From positions 2,241 to 66,240 of the IMG/VR virus record IMGVR_UViG_3300020043_005956: DNA of 64,000 nucleotides. One strand, given 5' to 3'. This document shows, piece by piece, positions 47,601 to 55,704 of the stretch. Below the pieces are notes generated by a model. It ran no database searches, had not been told where the DNA came from, and worked only from the letters and a program-made list of their open reading frames with translations. The position numbers were made by a program, and so were the translations under genes. The number at the start of each line of letters is the position of its first letter. The first letter of the stretch is position 1. The DNA comes from a virus (lineage: Duplodnaviria > Caudoviricetes).

Positions 47601-47870
47601 GATTTAAAAAAGTATCAAAATCCAAATGAAGAAAACAGGGCTTACGATTTTGTTAAATTTAAAGAATCAATAAAAGGGCAAGGGGAGGCAATGGAAAAAT
47701 ACTTATTTAAACCCAAGAATATTTCTTCTGGGCAGTTTGATAAAATAAATCAAAAAGTTGGATTTGTTTATAAGAACAAAAAAGAGCTTGCCGAAGCGTA
47801 TATTGAAGCATTAAAGTCAACCAATAAAACAAAGCAGCAAAGGGAACTTATAAAAGCAGTTGAAGATTAA
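41613..47870 (+). CDS. giant polyvalent cargo protein with DdrB-like ParB domain and long coiled coil
   Basis: RYKLAEA...QPSH...QPKNRND...GAPVAN...IIQGNSR; SIDLSAPLRQG in the C-terminal part. Confidence 0.78.
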   Translation: MACEVKYQGQTLSFEEFAEKLHNGLLDEFIAQGVVKNVPTIKSIQDAVQKQSAEGVLSRQQGKVGEAGGERQGMGQGKQGQEAAKPSKEEITSAEATVALDEETELLLEGLAAERRRAGKYTVDGVTYTRNEKGQGIVSEKGGYIRFTSEPGGGGVVVPFRYKLAEAKRVQPSHEGGLRNPNFFIPEGQPKNRNDQASLQAEDDFANNPRFDELGEDSGAYKGAPVANERDEIIQGNSRGAGIKKGYAIGNKKYKQDLAANAEKFGFTKEQVESMENPMLVREVIATDEKAIELGNYDVKDLETAGKRRIDPSALVRRLPSKVKASLAKVISAGETIKESIKENADEIYQLIRPYINTSIANTIITNGKLNSVGIEDVEGLFTQFLFQNGDPNLPQMFEGLSNTQREGIKKALPYLLSAGAGKSIIPDVQEAIIALHYFRSSGEQSFAAWANQIDINTGQSKKDMFSPLALKLAENFNKATSQNEIAGIPQKGGEASSFAKYSQLTQGTEGGLFEEAQEGMSRQDAVKEAFGVEYTPRKGYTSAAKFEESEAKRKEIEKEKAEKEKAKQTKKEIKEKLKTAQEALNRTKEQLSEIERLKQSAASNLEKILSKIGGIQNITPQERTKLVEDLKNIIKDLTALTYLEIKNLLAPILTRKGFSELEAEDIINEAASDFISEEDAYIGLTNEYDKAQRAARGLDPIAKAARQTNQVVWDRTVERIQNGNIVLRDKTNTGLISKLATGEIEAISPEIQAAILYDRIYLQNAKEAYVKKLAEQGAVITNEERLNILAQLAEIDAHIQENELANANVGRTWGRTGVFRQVLAARDYTLKGVISRAKAMNGGASLSTEQEAKLVKLTEQFAELQKDLDKIQKAFDEQLKIEKEIARKEGYNKAKMEVSSVPSSSTIKEKSKELANKLRAAKITSSTYTFSSVVPIPPTVVNVGIEAAAKSIETVGTVADAIAKGIEAIKNEASGWYKNLTPQEKQRFDNWFGGFVNEKLAEPKQEKRGAKSTDELLVDLAVKADGVLTDESWELEPLLKNILKQEVINGAETLDEVAEKVFDFLSNSVPNLDIEDIKDLMSGYGSFKELSKDPLVEKIRKLRNLGRLNGRLRDVKERMKLPKRTGREIAKLDTEARAINKEIGRLIKELGLASEPTEEEKINKWKSQRDAVVQRLKNKIEDLNRQKEQKQRDAKVKKSQITDDVIKDLQDQIESLENTLSNIPEVKISDAEKKVESKIVDLENKITEAKRKIRENDLSIKSFEKVTSPEIESLQNELSDLNSTLAKMREENKTSVEKLAEAQKRLDLLAKAEIKRLEEIRNKLILEGLTDEEVKVSTTQKLGELFGIAKTKKASLAQRGDALQATIDQLKRDINDLIPSEAKEQALIDKAIKRREAVLKALEEKLAKGNFEKRKTRIIPYTKELAEVNAKIEETKQKIDFEIEKIRLANRTFWTRLAENLFDVLSLPKSLVASIDLSAPLRQGIVYAYTKPGTFLKAFFEMHKFAFNKSAYENWQKSVKADPRYVEFTKQYGLYMAEESGKMSAKEEMFVSKFVGAIKKIPVYGQLLAGTERAYIGFLNKLRWDVFNSYVDMVNDMPLTVEERQQELKELAKLVNNTTGRGSLGVLSGAKKPLNVLFFSPSLVASRFHPFTAAARMLFPGDKPMPRVARNQTIETYAKFFGGLALTMFLIKFGLGDDDDKDVEFEPISSDFWKIRLEDIRTDLTGGYIQPFVVLAKIFGGSKNANTGEVKKFGDEGYGATTRMDLLETFFANKLNPTASLFYKEYLVGVEGKKRDRNKLYEYMFGEIPNNDLNIGETAFNLTTPLYLRDMAEIINEESKYAPIVVPLALYGSGINKFGGKTMLTPNTKEYIKAKTYSIVPARTSTDKKIDFYIFKKDGSVINTEKNEFLNNQSLEKYNSYANENYKKMVLNLNDKFMQSLNESQRAEVMKTVKQEADKIAEIQINMDMQKTVVLPSEAAKMKKDFEKEIQFFYNDLKKYQNPNEENRAYDFVKFKESIKGQGEAMEKYLFKPKNISSGQFDKINQKVGFVYKNKKELAEAYIEALKSTNKTKQQRELIKAVED
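41749..41886 (+). CDS. overprinted small basic protein (45 aa, +1 frame)
   Basis: MPYKSKAQRAFFHANKEKLEKQGVNVKEWDKASKGKKLPSRAKKK. Confidence 0.72.
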   Translation: MPYKSKAQRAFFHANKEKLEKQGVNVKEWDKASKGKKLPSRAKKK

Positions 47871-48034
47871 ATCAACCCCGCCTTTCTCTTGTACTTCAAT
47901 ATTCTTTCATCATCAGTTGTTTGGCAAAAATCTTGTGTTCTGTAAACCCCGCCAAGAAGTTCAATATCTTTCTGTTTGATATAAACCCTAACTGCAACTT
48001 TCTTTAGTTCAGGTGGTAGCTTTTTTCTTGGCAT
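47867..48034 (-). CDS. small DNA-binding protein (AT-hook/RHH-like), antisense
   Basis: MPRKKLPPELKKVAVRVYIKQKDI; TATATTTG 4 nt upstream. Confidence 0.65.
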   Translation of the reverse strand: MPRKKLPPELKKVAVRVYIKQKDIELLGGVYRTQDFCQTTDDERILKYKRKAGLI

Positions 48035-48132
48035 AATGCAAATATACACAATTTCAACAAGTTAAGTCAATAAAAGCGACACGAAATCAAATGCAATTAT
48101 TGTCAATGTTATAATAGTATAATTTTGTGTCC

Positions 48133-48705
48133 ATGCCAACACCATCAGCACCATCAAGTGTACTTATACCTTCGATTAAGGTTTGCATGAATAACAATTG
48201 TGCGAAGGTTGAAATCTACGACACAACCTGCCCTTATTCTAACAGCAATTTAAACGGATGGGGTTTGCCGAATGTGGCAATTACAAGTATTGTTTCTGCT
48301 ACGTTGGACATCAGCGTTTACAATCCTGTTACGGAAACTTTCTCTATTGAAACTTCGGGGATTGACGTTTCTTCTGTTCTTCCTAACATTAGCAATATTC
48401 CATACATAGCCACTATTGGGAAGTCTGATATTTATTACCTTGTTGTAACATATACAACTGATACGGGTGATGTATATACTGCCGAATATTACTATGTTAA
48501 CCTATGCGATTACTACTGCTGCTACGAAAAGAAAGCTGCGGCAAGTTGTGGTTGTCAAGGCGGAACAATAGAACTTTTCAACATTTGGACGCTTCTTCAA
48601 TCAATTGAAGCAACGACTTGTTGCGGGGTGAATATTGCTGCCATATTGGATATGATTAAAAAGTTAAAGAAATATTGTTCTGACTGCGACTGCGGTTGTA
48701 AATAA
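48133..48705 (+). CDS. virion protein with Cys-rich C-terminus (fibre hub-like)
   Basis: IYDTTCPY...NGWG motif; ends CSDCDCGCK. Confidence 0.7.
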   Translation: MPTPSAPSSVLIPSIKVCMNNNCAKVEIYDTTCPYSNSNLNGWGLPNVAITSIVSATLDISVYNPVTETFSIETSGIDVSSVLPNISNIPYIATIGKSDIYYLVVTYTTDTGDVYTAEYYYVNLCDYYCCYEKKAAASCGCQGGTIELFNIWTLLQSIEATTCCGVNIAAILDMIKKLKKYCSDCDCGCK

Positions 48706-48715
48706 ACTTACCAAA

Positions 48716-49492
48716 ATGTGTAACTGCAAATCAAATAATTGCACTTGTTGCAACGGAATATTAAGAGGCCCACAAGGCCCTGCTGGCGTACAAGGGCCAC
48801 AAGGTGTTGCTGGAACAAATGGAACGAACGGGACAAATGGCACGAATGGAACGAACGGGACAAATGGTCAAGACGGTGTTGCCGTTATTGATAGTTTGAG
48901 TTATACCGAAAACCAACAAACGAATGTTTCAGGCGGATATGTTGATTCGGGTTTTGAAAATATATTTGCTCCAGGCACTATTTCTAATATACAAATAAGA
49001 ACGGGTTCTGTTAACGACCTTTGGTTTAGAAACGAAGATGATGCTATTCAATTTCAAATGGTATTATCAAACACCAACACAGGCGGAAGGATTATGCAAG
49101 CTGTTGGGGTTGCCTTTAACGACCAAGGAAATTTAGGAGGTGCTGTTTACGCTGCTCCTTTTCAAGGTTTTACAAAGGGTAATTCAGAGCCAAGTTCTAA
49201 TATTCTTTTGCATATTGAAGGAACAATAACTCGCATAACAAATACAACATTTAGAAGCCATTCTAAGTATTTTATAACTCAACCAAATATTGCCTCTGTT
49301 CCTTTTACAGGTTTTTCTACTGGCGTATTTGAAGACCCCGCAGGAAGGCTTTCTGAATCTGTTTTTGACATAACTTATTCAACTGATTTTGATAACGTGA
49401 ACGGTTTATATTTAATTCCGTTTATACAAAATCAATATGCCAACGATTGGGGGTTAATTTTCTTTACTGCTTGGGGTCTTAAAAAAGTATAA
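48716..49492 (+). CDS. collagen-like fibre protein
   Basis: GPQGPAGVQGPQG followed by GTN repeats; Cys-rich N-terminus. Confidence 0.8.
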   Translation: MCNCKSNNCTCCNGILRGPQGPAGVQGPQGVAGTNGTNGTNGTNGTNGTNGQDGVAVIDSLSYTENQQTNVSGGYVDSGFENIFAPGTISNIQIRTGSVNDLWFRNEDDAIQFQMVLSNTNTGGRIMQAVGVAFNDQGNLGGAVYAAPFQGFTKGNSEPSSNILLHIEGTITRITNTTFRSHSKYFITQPNIASVPFTGFSTGVFEDPAGRLSESVFDITYSTDFDNVNGLYLIPFIQNQYANDWGLIFFTAWGLKKV

Positions 49493-49494
49493 CA

Positions 49495-50418
49495 ATGCCA
49501 AAAATAATTAACACACAGATATTTACGGTTAACGCAGCAGGCGCAACATTTACCATAAATGATTATGATACATTTGGTGAATATGTTATTTCGGGTGCTG
49601 CTGCCCTTGTAGCAAACAACAGCGTCATATTTGGTGGAACTCCGCTTTTGAATATGAACGTAAAAGTTCGCTACGAAGCGACTTGCACCAATGCAGGAGG
49701 AACTGTAACCATTTTGGGAACTGTTCTTAACAATACCCAAATGGGTCAACCTTGCTTTGCTGATTGCAATTACAATGGGGCTTCTTGGGATGTTCAAGTG
49801 TATGCTGATGCCTCTTCAACAGGATGGATTGTAAGCACCGATTTTAGCCCAGGTTCTGTTAACACGGCAGCTATTGCCAACAATGCAGTAACTCACGCTA
49901 AATATCAAACCATTGCTGACCAAACCTTTTTAGGTAACGTATCAGGTGGTGTTGCAAGTCCCTCCGCTTTAACCGTTGCTCAAATGCAAACGGCTCTTGG
50001 TGTAAATAGTGGGTATGCTACTGTTTATTATGCAAGTATAACAATACCAACGGCAAGTGTTTTGACTTTAAATACAACTCCGTTGACGATTGTGGCTGCC
50101 CCAGGTGCAGGGTTGGCTATACAAGTTGTTTCTGCAACCGCAAGTATGACCTACAACACAACCGCTTATGCTACAAATGGAAAATTAAACATACTTTCTT
50201 TAGGTTCTGTAATTAGCCAAGCAAATTTAACTGCGAATGGTTTTTTGTTTGGAACAGTAACAAGAAATGTATCTTTTAATCTTACTTCTCCTTCTACAAT
50301 TACAGACACTCAAATTGGGGTAAACACACCATTGCTTGTTCAGGTTGATACAGCAGACCCAACGGCAGGGGATAGTGATATAATAGTAACCGTACTTTAT
50401 CGTATATTGCCAATATAA
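49495..50418 (+). CDS. tail fibre/structural protein
   Basis: IANNAVTHAK repeat-type motif; Thr/Ala-rich. Confidence 0.7.
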   Translation: MPKIINTQIFTVNAAGATFTINDYDTFGEYVISGAAALVANNSVIFGGTPLLNMNVKVRYEATCTNAGGTVTILGTVLNNTQMGQPCFADCNYNGASWDVQVYADASSTGWIVSTDFSPGSVNTAAIANNAVTHAKYQTIADQTFLGNVSGGVASPSALTVAQMQTALGVNSGYATVYYASITIPTASVLTLNTTPLTIVAAPGAGLAIQVVSATASMTYNTTAYATNGKLNILSLGSVISQANLTANGFLFGTVTRNVSFNLTSPSTITDTQIGVNTPLLVQVDTADPTAGDSDIIVTVLYRILPI

Positions 50419-52151
50419 TGTTAACAGCAGCCGACATAAAAAGACAGTCTACCTTAGCTTGGTGTTGCCTTGGTAAAAGAATGGGCGATTCTTTAGTTAT
50501 GGAAAAACAAGGTCAAAAGTGTGAAGGAAATATGAGGGAGATTGGCTACGGCTTTCTTTATGTAAATGCAGTAAAGGGTTATGTTCCCGAAAATGATGTT
50601 GTAACGGCTTATTCAAGTGGTTGCCAAATGAATTTTGAAGGCAATCAGTTTATAGTGAACAGCTATTTTGATGCAGCGACAAATACATTTTACGAAATGT
50701 ATGATAGTGCAAATGCTGATGTTGTAGGAAGTTGGCTTTATTTTGACGCAACACAATTAAATCAAAAGTTTGCAGATGGCGCAACAATTTCTTTATCATA
50801 CACATACGACCCTGTTACAGGTGTTTTAAGCATAGATGGCGGTGCTGATATCTTTCAAGTTACTTATGATAAGTTTTTTGAAAACATATACCTTACCCAT
50901 GCGAGCGGCAGGGTTTTGACATTAGGGTTTTATGGAGAAAAAACATTAAATGGCTGTTCGGAAGTTGTTGTTCTTGCCGACAAACCTTGTCTTGGGCCAA
51001 CCGAGGTTCAGTCAATTTTAAACAAGGCAAGCAAGAATTGCGACTGCAACTGCGAGGATTATGTTAACTCTGAACCAACAAGCAAAAGAGGCGAATCGCT
51101 TTATTTAAGTGATGCTGAATTTAATTGCATTGATGGGGTTGTTTATATGACAATAAACTTTTCATATTCAGGCTCTCCATTACCTAATTCTTTTGGAATT
51201 TATGTAAACGGGAATATTGTGTATACATTTTCAGACACAGGGTTAAGTAGCGGAAGTTTTGTTACAACTGTTACAAGCCCAGAAATTGCGGCATTGGCTC
51301 AAAACGCCACTTATGATATAACAATTTACGACAACTACGGAACAACTTCTTCTTGGGCTTCAAACACAATTGAATCAATTCCATTGAACACTTGCGTTGC
51401 TCCCGAAGTTTGTTGTACTGTTTGCGACCTTAGTAATGGGCAGTTTTTTGTTTCGGCAATGAACATAAATGGAGATGACTACAATTTATTGAATCCTCCA
51501 CCTGCTCCATTTAACGCATATATGGGAACGTATATAACCTTCGATGGAAGCAATGGCTACACTTGGTCGCCTATAACATCCGATGATAGCTATACTTATA
51601 GCTTCGATTGCGAATCAAATGTTGCTGTTATGGATACTCCTGCGCTTAGAGAGTTGTTTTATTTAACAATAGATTTCAATTGTGCTGCAACAAGTGCAAC
51701 GGGTTATGCAATAATTGAAGATTCAGAAGGAACGCCATTGCCTGTAATATTCACATTAGAAGTGTCAGAAGAATTTACGAAAGATTGTAGCGGGGAATGT
51801 TGCAATATAGAAACATTGAATGGTTACACTTTAGATTCTATTGGCAAGTTTTACTATACAGGCCCAGATAGCGGTTCTTACATAGCCCTGCCTGCTGTTG
51901 GGGAGGATGTAATAAAGTTTGTTTTCATCAGCGAATCGTCTGTTGAGGTTTACACTAACGATGTGTTAACGGGAACTTACAACTATACTTATACGCCATC
52001 AAGCGGATTGTTGTATATCGAATCTCCGCCTGATGATTCCAATGGTTATCTTCAATTAACTTGCGATTGCGGCTTGTTTATTTACACGGTGTTTATTCCT
52101 GATGGTGATGGGTCGTATACAATAGTGAATTATTACTTTCAATCAATATAA
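50418..52151 (+). CDS. acidic Cys-rich beta-rich structural protein
   Basis: repeated YTY..SGLL beta units and many Cys pairs. Confidence 0.65.
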   Translation: MLTAADIKRQSTLAWCCLGKRMGDSLVMEKQGQKCEGNMREIGYGFLYVNAVKGYVPENDVVTAYSSGCQMNFEGNQFIVNSYFDAATNTFYEMYDSANADVVGSWLYFDATQLNQKFADGATISLSYTYDPVTGVLSIDGGADIFQVTYDKFFENIYLTHASGRVLTLGFYGEKTLNGCSEVVVLADKPCLGPTEVQSILNKASKNCDCNCEDYVNSEPTSKRGESLYLSDAEFNCIDGVVYMTINFSYSGSPLPNSFGIYVNGNIVYTFSDTGLSSGSFVTTVTSPEIAALAQNATYDITIYDNYGTTSSWASNTIESIPLNTCVAPEVCCTVCDLSNGQFFVSAMNINGDDYNLLNPPPAPFNAYMGTYITFDGSNGYTWSPITSDDSYTYSFDCESNVAVMDTPALRELFYLTIDFNCAATSATGYAIIEDSEGTPLPVIFTLEVSEEFTKDCSGECCNIETLNGYTLDSIGKFYYTGPDSGSYIALPAVGEDVIKFVFISESSVEVYTNDVLTGTYNYTYTPSSGLLYIESPPDDSNGYLQLTCDCGLFIYTVFIPDGDGSYTIVNYYFQSI

Positions 52152-52154
52152 GCG

Positions 52155-53594
52155 ATGACAAGACAAGAAGAAATAGTTAAGGGGTTTAATGAAAGTTGGA
52201 GTCAATTCGGTATAAACGTATCGAGCAATGTTTCTAACCCTATAAACGGAATTACAGTAAACAATCCGAATGGAGGAAGGGCTGTTGCTTTAAATTTCAT
52301 TGACGGAGTTAATGCAACAAAACTAACTGCTGCTCAAATTGCTGCGTTGCCAAATCCACAAGCGGGTCAAATTGTATATCAAACCGATGGTGTTACAGGT
52401 GTTTATGTTTACGATGGTGCTTCTTGGACTAAAGTAGGAGGCTTGTCTTCTGTAAATGGAACAACCAATCGCATCACGGTAACGGGGGGAGACACGATTG
52501 ACATTGCTTCAACTTATGTTGGACAAACTTCAATCACAACACTTGGAACAATCACCACAGGAACTTGGACAGGAATCATTGGTCAAGCGACAATGACACT
52601 TGGTTCTGATGCAACAGGCGATATTTATTACAGAAATTCGGGTGGAAACTTAACAAGGCTTGGAATCGGTTCTGCGGGTCAAGTTCTTGGAGTTAGTGCA
52701 GGTATTCCTGCTTGGCAAGCTGCGGGTTCAGGGATTACAGTAGGCACAACAACCATAACATCAGGCACATCAGGCCGCATTGCATTTAACAATAGCGGCG
52801 TGTACGGAGAATCTTCAAACCTTTTTTGGGATAATTCAAACAGCAGTTTAGGACTGAAAACCAGCACGCCAACTTCGGGGCTGCAAATAGCAGGTACAAC
52901 AGTTGTAAGTGGTTCAACATTTTCAAATTGGGCAGGATGGGACGTAAATATCTCAAGCGGAACAAGTTTAACAAGCGGTTCTAAAACGGCTTTATTGTTT
53001 GGAAGGAAAAGCGATACAAACGGCGATACTTATATCCAAACAGCAACAACAGGGGTTGATTACGGAAGATTATTTTTGCAATATTTTTCAGTTCCAAGTG
53101 CTTTGCCAACTCTTAAAGGTATTGTAATTATTGGAGATGGTTCAGATGCTTCTAATGCTGCAAAACTAAATGTAACAAATGGCCCTATTTTAACGCCTCC
53201 TGTTTTAGCAGGAAACCCAAACACAGGGGGAAGCACTTATGCAAGTGGAATGTGCTATGCGCTAATCAATCCAACTTATCCAAGCGGTATCGGCTTGGAT
53301 GGAAGTTATAGTATGTGGTTTCAAAGTGCGCCGACAATAGGCACGGGGTTTAAATGGTATCAATCCACAACCCAAATAATGACCTTAACCTCTTCTGGAA
53401 ACTTAGGCATAGGGGTAACATCGCCAACTGCAAGGGTTAATATAGGCGCAGGAGTTGCGACATCAGGAGGCGCACCACTAAAACTAACCGCAGGAACAAA
53501 CTTAACTACTCCCGAAAGTGGAGCATTTGAATTTGATGGAACTAATCTTTACTTTACCGTTGGAGGAGTTAGAAAAACAGTAACTTTAGTATAA
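52155..53594 (+). CDS. tail fibre protein
   Basis: GQIVYQTDG, GDIYYRNSGG, SGNLGIG and GAFEFDGTNLYFT motifs. Confidence 0.8.
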   Translation: MTRQEEIVKGFNESWSQFGINVSSNVSNPINGITVNNPNGGRAVALNFIDGVNATKLTAAQIAALPNPQAGQIVYQTDGVTGVYVYDGASWTKVGGLSSVNGTTNRITVTGGDTIDIASTYVGQTSITTLGTITTGTWTGIIGQATMTLGSDATGDIYYRNSGGNLTRLGIGSAGQVLGVSAGIPAWQAAGSGITVGTTTITSGTSGRIAFNNSGVYGESSNLFWDNSNSSLGLKTSTPTSGLQIAGTTVVSGSTFSNWAGWDVNISSGTSLTSGSKTALLFGRKSDTNGDTYIQTATTGVDYGRLFLQYFSVPSALPTLKGIVIIGDGSDASNAAKLNVTNGPILTPPVLAGNPNTGGSTYASGMCYALINPTYPSGIGLDGSYSMWFQSAPTIGTGFKWYQSTTQIMTLTSSGNLGIGVTSPTARVNIGAGVATSGGAPLKLTAGTNLTTPESGAFEFDGTNLYFTVGGVRKTVTLV

Positions 53595-53614
53595 AAAATT
53601 AATAATAAATAAAA

Positions 53615-53863
53615 ATGCAAGTAGAATTTCTTAAAACAAATGCGTATAATTCGCCCAAAATTGACCTTGTAACAGGCGTAACAACACAGGCAGTTACTAT
53701 TGTTAGTCAATTTGTTGGAAACCCACACCCTGACAAGTTTCTTCAAACCGATTATCAAGTGTTTGAACTTGACAATAGCTTGTCTATTGAACAAGCTTTG
53801 GCTCAACTTGATGTTCAAGCGGCTCAATGGGTGAACGACACTTACAACACACCTCAACCTTAA
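53615..53863 (+). CDS. small protein, possible fibre chaperone
   Basis: position after fibre gene. Confidence 0.55.
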   Translation: MQVEFLKTNAYNSPKIDLVTGVTTQAVTIVSQFVGNPHPDKFLQTDYQVFELDNSLSIEQALAQLDVQAAQWVNDTYNTPQP

Positions 53864-53885
53864 TCATAAATAAACAAGAAAGCAA

Positions 53886-54071
53886 ATGGAAAACAATCAA
53901 GAAAGCAAAGTTGCACAATTTGACATAAATGATTTTGTGGCAAAGAAAGAGCAAGAGTGTACCGAAAAAATAAATGAAGTCCTAAAAGAATACAACTGCC
54001 GTATAAAATCGGAGTTTGTTATTTCCGAATCAGGAATTTCTCCAATTCTTAAAATAGTTTTCATAAAATGA
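53886..54071 (+). CDS. small hypothetical protein
   Basis: ECTEKINEVLKEYNC motif. Confidence 0.6.
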   Translation: MENNQESKVAQFDINDFVAKKEQECTEKINEVLKEYNCRIKSEFVISESGISPILKIVFIK

Positions 54072-54829
54072 CAAGGCAAGAAGAAATATTAAAAGGGATA
54101 AATGATTCTTGGTTTAACTTAGGCGTTAATGCAACCTCGAACACATCTTTACTTGTAAATGGGATTACCGCAAATAATCCAGTTCACGGAAGAAGCGTTG
54201 TACTAAATTTCTCCGAAGGATTGAATGTACCAAAGTTTACCCTTGCTCAAGTTTCTTCTTTTAAAAATGTAACCGATGGGCAACTTGCGTATATCACCGA
54301 TGCTACCCCTGCTGGAATTTATGTTTACATAGGTTCGTCTTGGGTTTTAAGCCAAGCGCAATCAAATCCTTTCGGAAACTTTTTGGACACGACAACACAA
54401 ACAGTTGCTATTGATGCCATTGCCGCAATGAAGTTTAATACAACTGTTGAATCTTCAAGTGTAAGCATAGTTAATGACAATTTAGGCTATCCAACACAAA
54501 TAACATTTGCAACGCCTGGTGTTTACAATATACAATTTTCAGCGCAGTTGTATAGGACAAGTGGAGGCAGTTCAAAAGACCTTGTTATTTGGCTTAGAAA
54601 AGGCGGAGTAGATGTTCCACAAAGCTCAACAAAAGTAACCCTTCAAGCAGGGGCTAATTACCTTGTAGCTTCTTGGAACTTTTTGCAAAGCATTTCTACC
54701 GCAGGCGAATATTATCAAATTATGTGGACGCAAAACGATAATATAGAACTATTATACGAAGCGGCTAATTTAACCATTCCTTATCCTTCAATTCCGTCCA
54801 TAATATTAACCGTTAACAAAGTTAACTAA
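54068..54829 (+). CDS. second fibre protein with C1q/TNF-like head
   Basis: N-terminus paralogous to 52155; PGVYNIQFSAQL...IWLRKGG...SWNF. Confidence 0.78.
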   Translation: MTRQEEILKGINDSWFNLGVNATSNTSLLVNGITANNPVHGRSVVLNFSEGLNVPKFTLAQVSSFKNVTDGQLAYITDATPAGIYVYIGSSWVLSQAQSNPFGNFLDTTTQTVAIDAIAAMKFNTTVESSSVSIVNDNLGYPTQITFATPGVYNIQFSAQLYRTSGGSSKDLVIWLRKGGVDVPQSSTKVTLQAGANYLVASWNFLQSISTAGEYYQIMWTQNDNIELLYEAANLTIPYPSIPSIILTVNKVN

Positions 54830-54831
54830 AA

Positions 54832-55005
54832 GTGAACATTGAATCAATATGCTACGTTACTCTGACAATAGCGGCCATTCTTGCAACTGCAAACAATTAC
54901 ATTCTGTTTCGGGCAAGGGTAAAAAAAATAAGGCAATCAAGACAAATATTAAAAAAGCTTCAAACCCAAAAAAACAAAAAAAATAAAGAAAATGTCCCAC
55001 TTTGA
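54832..55005 (+). CDS. small membrane protein (GTG start)
   Basis: translated by hand: hydrophobic helix followed by a basic tail. Confidence 0.4.
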   Translation: MNIESICYVTLTIAAILATANNYILFRARVKKIRQSRQILKKLQTQKNKKNKENVPL

Positions 55006-55210
55006 CCCTACTGATTTTTCATCCGAAGACAAGTTGATGTATTTTCCACTTATCGTTAGTGTTGTTTTGAATGTTTTTCACATTCTTCAAACGCCAGAGT
55101 TTTATCAATCTCTTTTATATGTAATTCAATTTGCTTCTGCGGCAATAAGCTTGTTTTTTGGCTTAAAAAAATTGGTTAATTATATTATATTTCTTTTTAA
55201 GAAAAAATAA
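54992..55210 (+). CDS. holin-like membrane protein
   Basis: two hydrophobic helices and a basic C-terminus, in the lysis region. Confidence 0.55.
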   Translation: MSHFDPTDFSSEDKLMYFPLIVSVVLNVFHILQTPEFYQSLLYVIQFASAAISLFFGLKKLVNYIIFLFKKK

Positions 55211-55212
55211 AA

Positions 55213-55488
55213 ATGACAACTTTTAAATTAAAGAACTTTACCAAAAACAACACTCCAAGGTGGGCTGCTCAAATTGGAAATTCAGCACTTATAATAGGTG
55301 CTTTTTTTGCTTCTGCTGCCGCAACTGCAACTGCTATTGAGAGTTATTTTGAAGTTGTTCCTGCAAGCCTTATTGATATATTAGCTTACTCAAAATTAAT
55401 AGGTGCTGTTGGTGGTTTGTTTTGTGGTTTTGTAAAAACTATTTCTAAGCTGTTTGGTATTCCATTAAAAGATTTAGATTTGCAATGA
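55213..55488 (+). CDS. holin-like membrane protein
   Basis: TPRWAAQIGN motif and two hydrophobic helices. Confidence 0.6.
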   Translation: MTTFKLKNFTKNNTPRWAAQIGNSALIIGAFFASAAATATAIESYFEVVPASLIDILAYSKLIGAVGGLFCGFVKTISKLFGIPLKDLDLQ

Positions 55489-55691
55489 AAGCAGAGGTTG
55501 ACAAATACGAAGAGTCAAGGGAGTTTCCTTGGGAGATTGTGTTGAGCCAAGCCGTTCCTTTTATTGTGGAACTTTTTTCAAGAAGAAGGGCTTTAAAGAA
55601 ACGCATTGAAGACCTTGAAAACCTTATAAAGGTGCAGCAGTATCAAATAACAGAATTAAAGGAGCTGATAGAAAATAAAAAGCGAGATTGA
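55485..55691 (+). CDS. small coiled-coil lysis-region protein
   Basis: ORF track. Confidence 0.55.
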   Translation: MKAEVDKYEESREFPWEIVLSQAVPFIVELFSRRRALKKRIEDLENLIKVQQYQITELKELIENKKRD

Positions 55692-55704
55692 TTACTTTTG
55701 TTGC

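Noticed and set aside
16779-47870. Stop-codon reassignment as in some crAss-like phages
   Set aside because: Genes are long and tightly packed under the standard code, and no suppressor tRNA is present.
48133-54829. Diversity-generating retroelement or invertible fibre cassette
   Set aside because: No reverse transcriptase, no TR/VR pair and no inverted repeats around fibre genes; the serine recombinase is 45 kb away.
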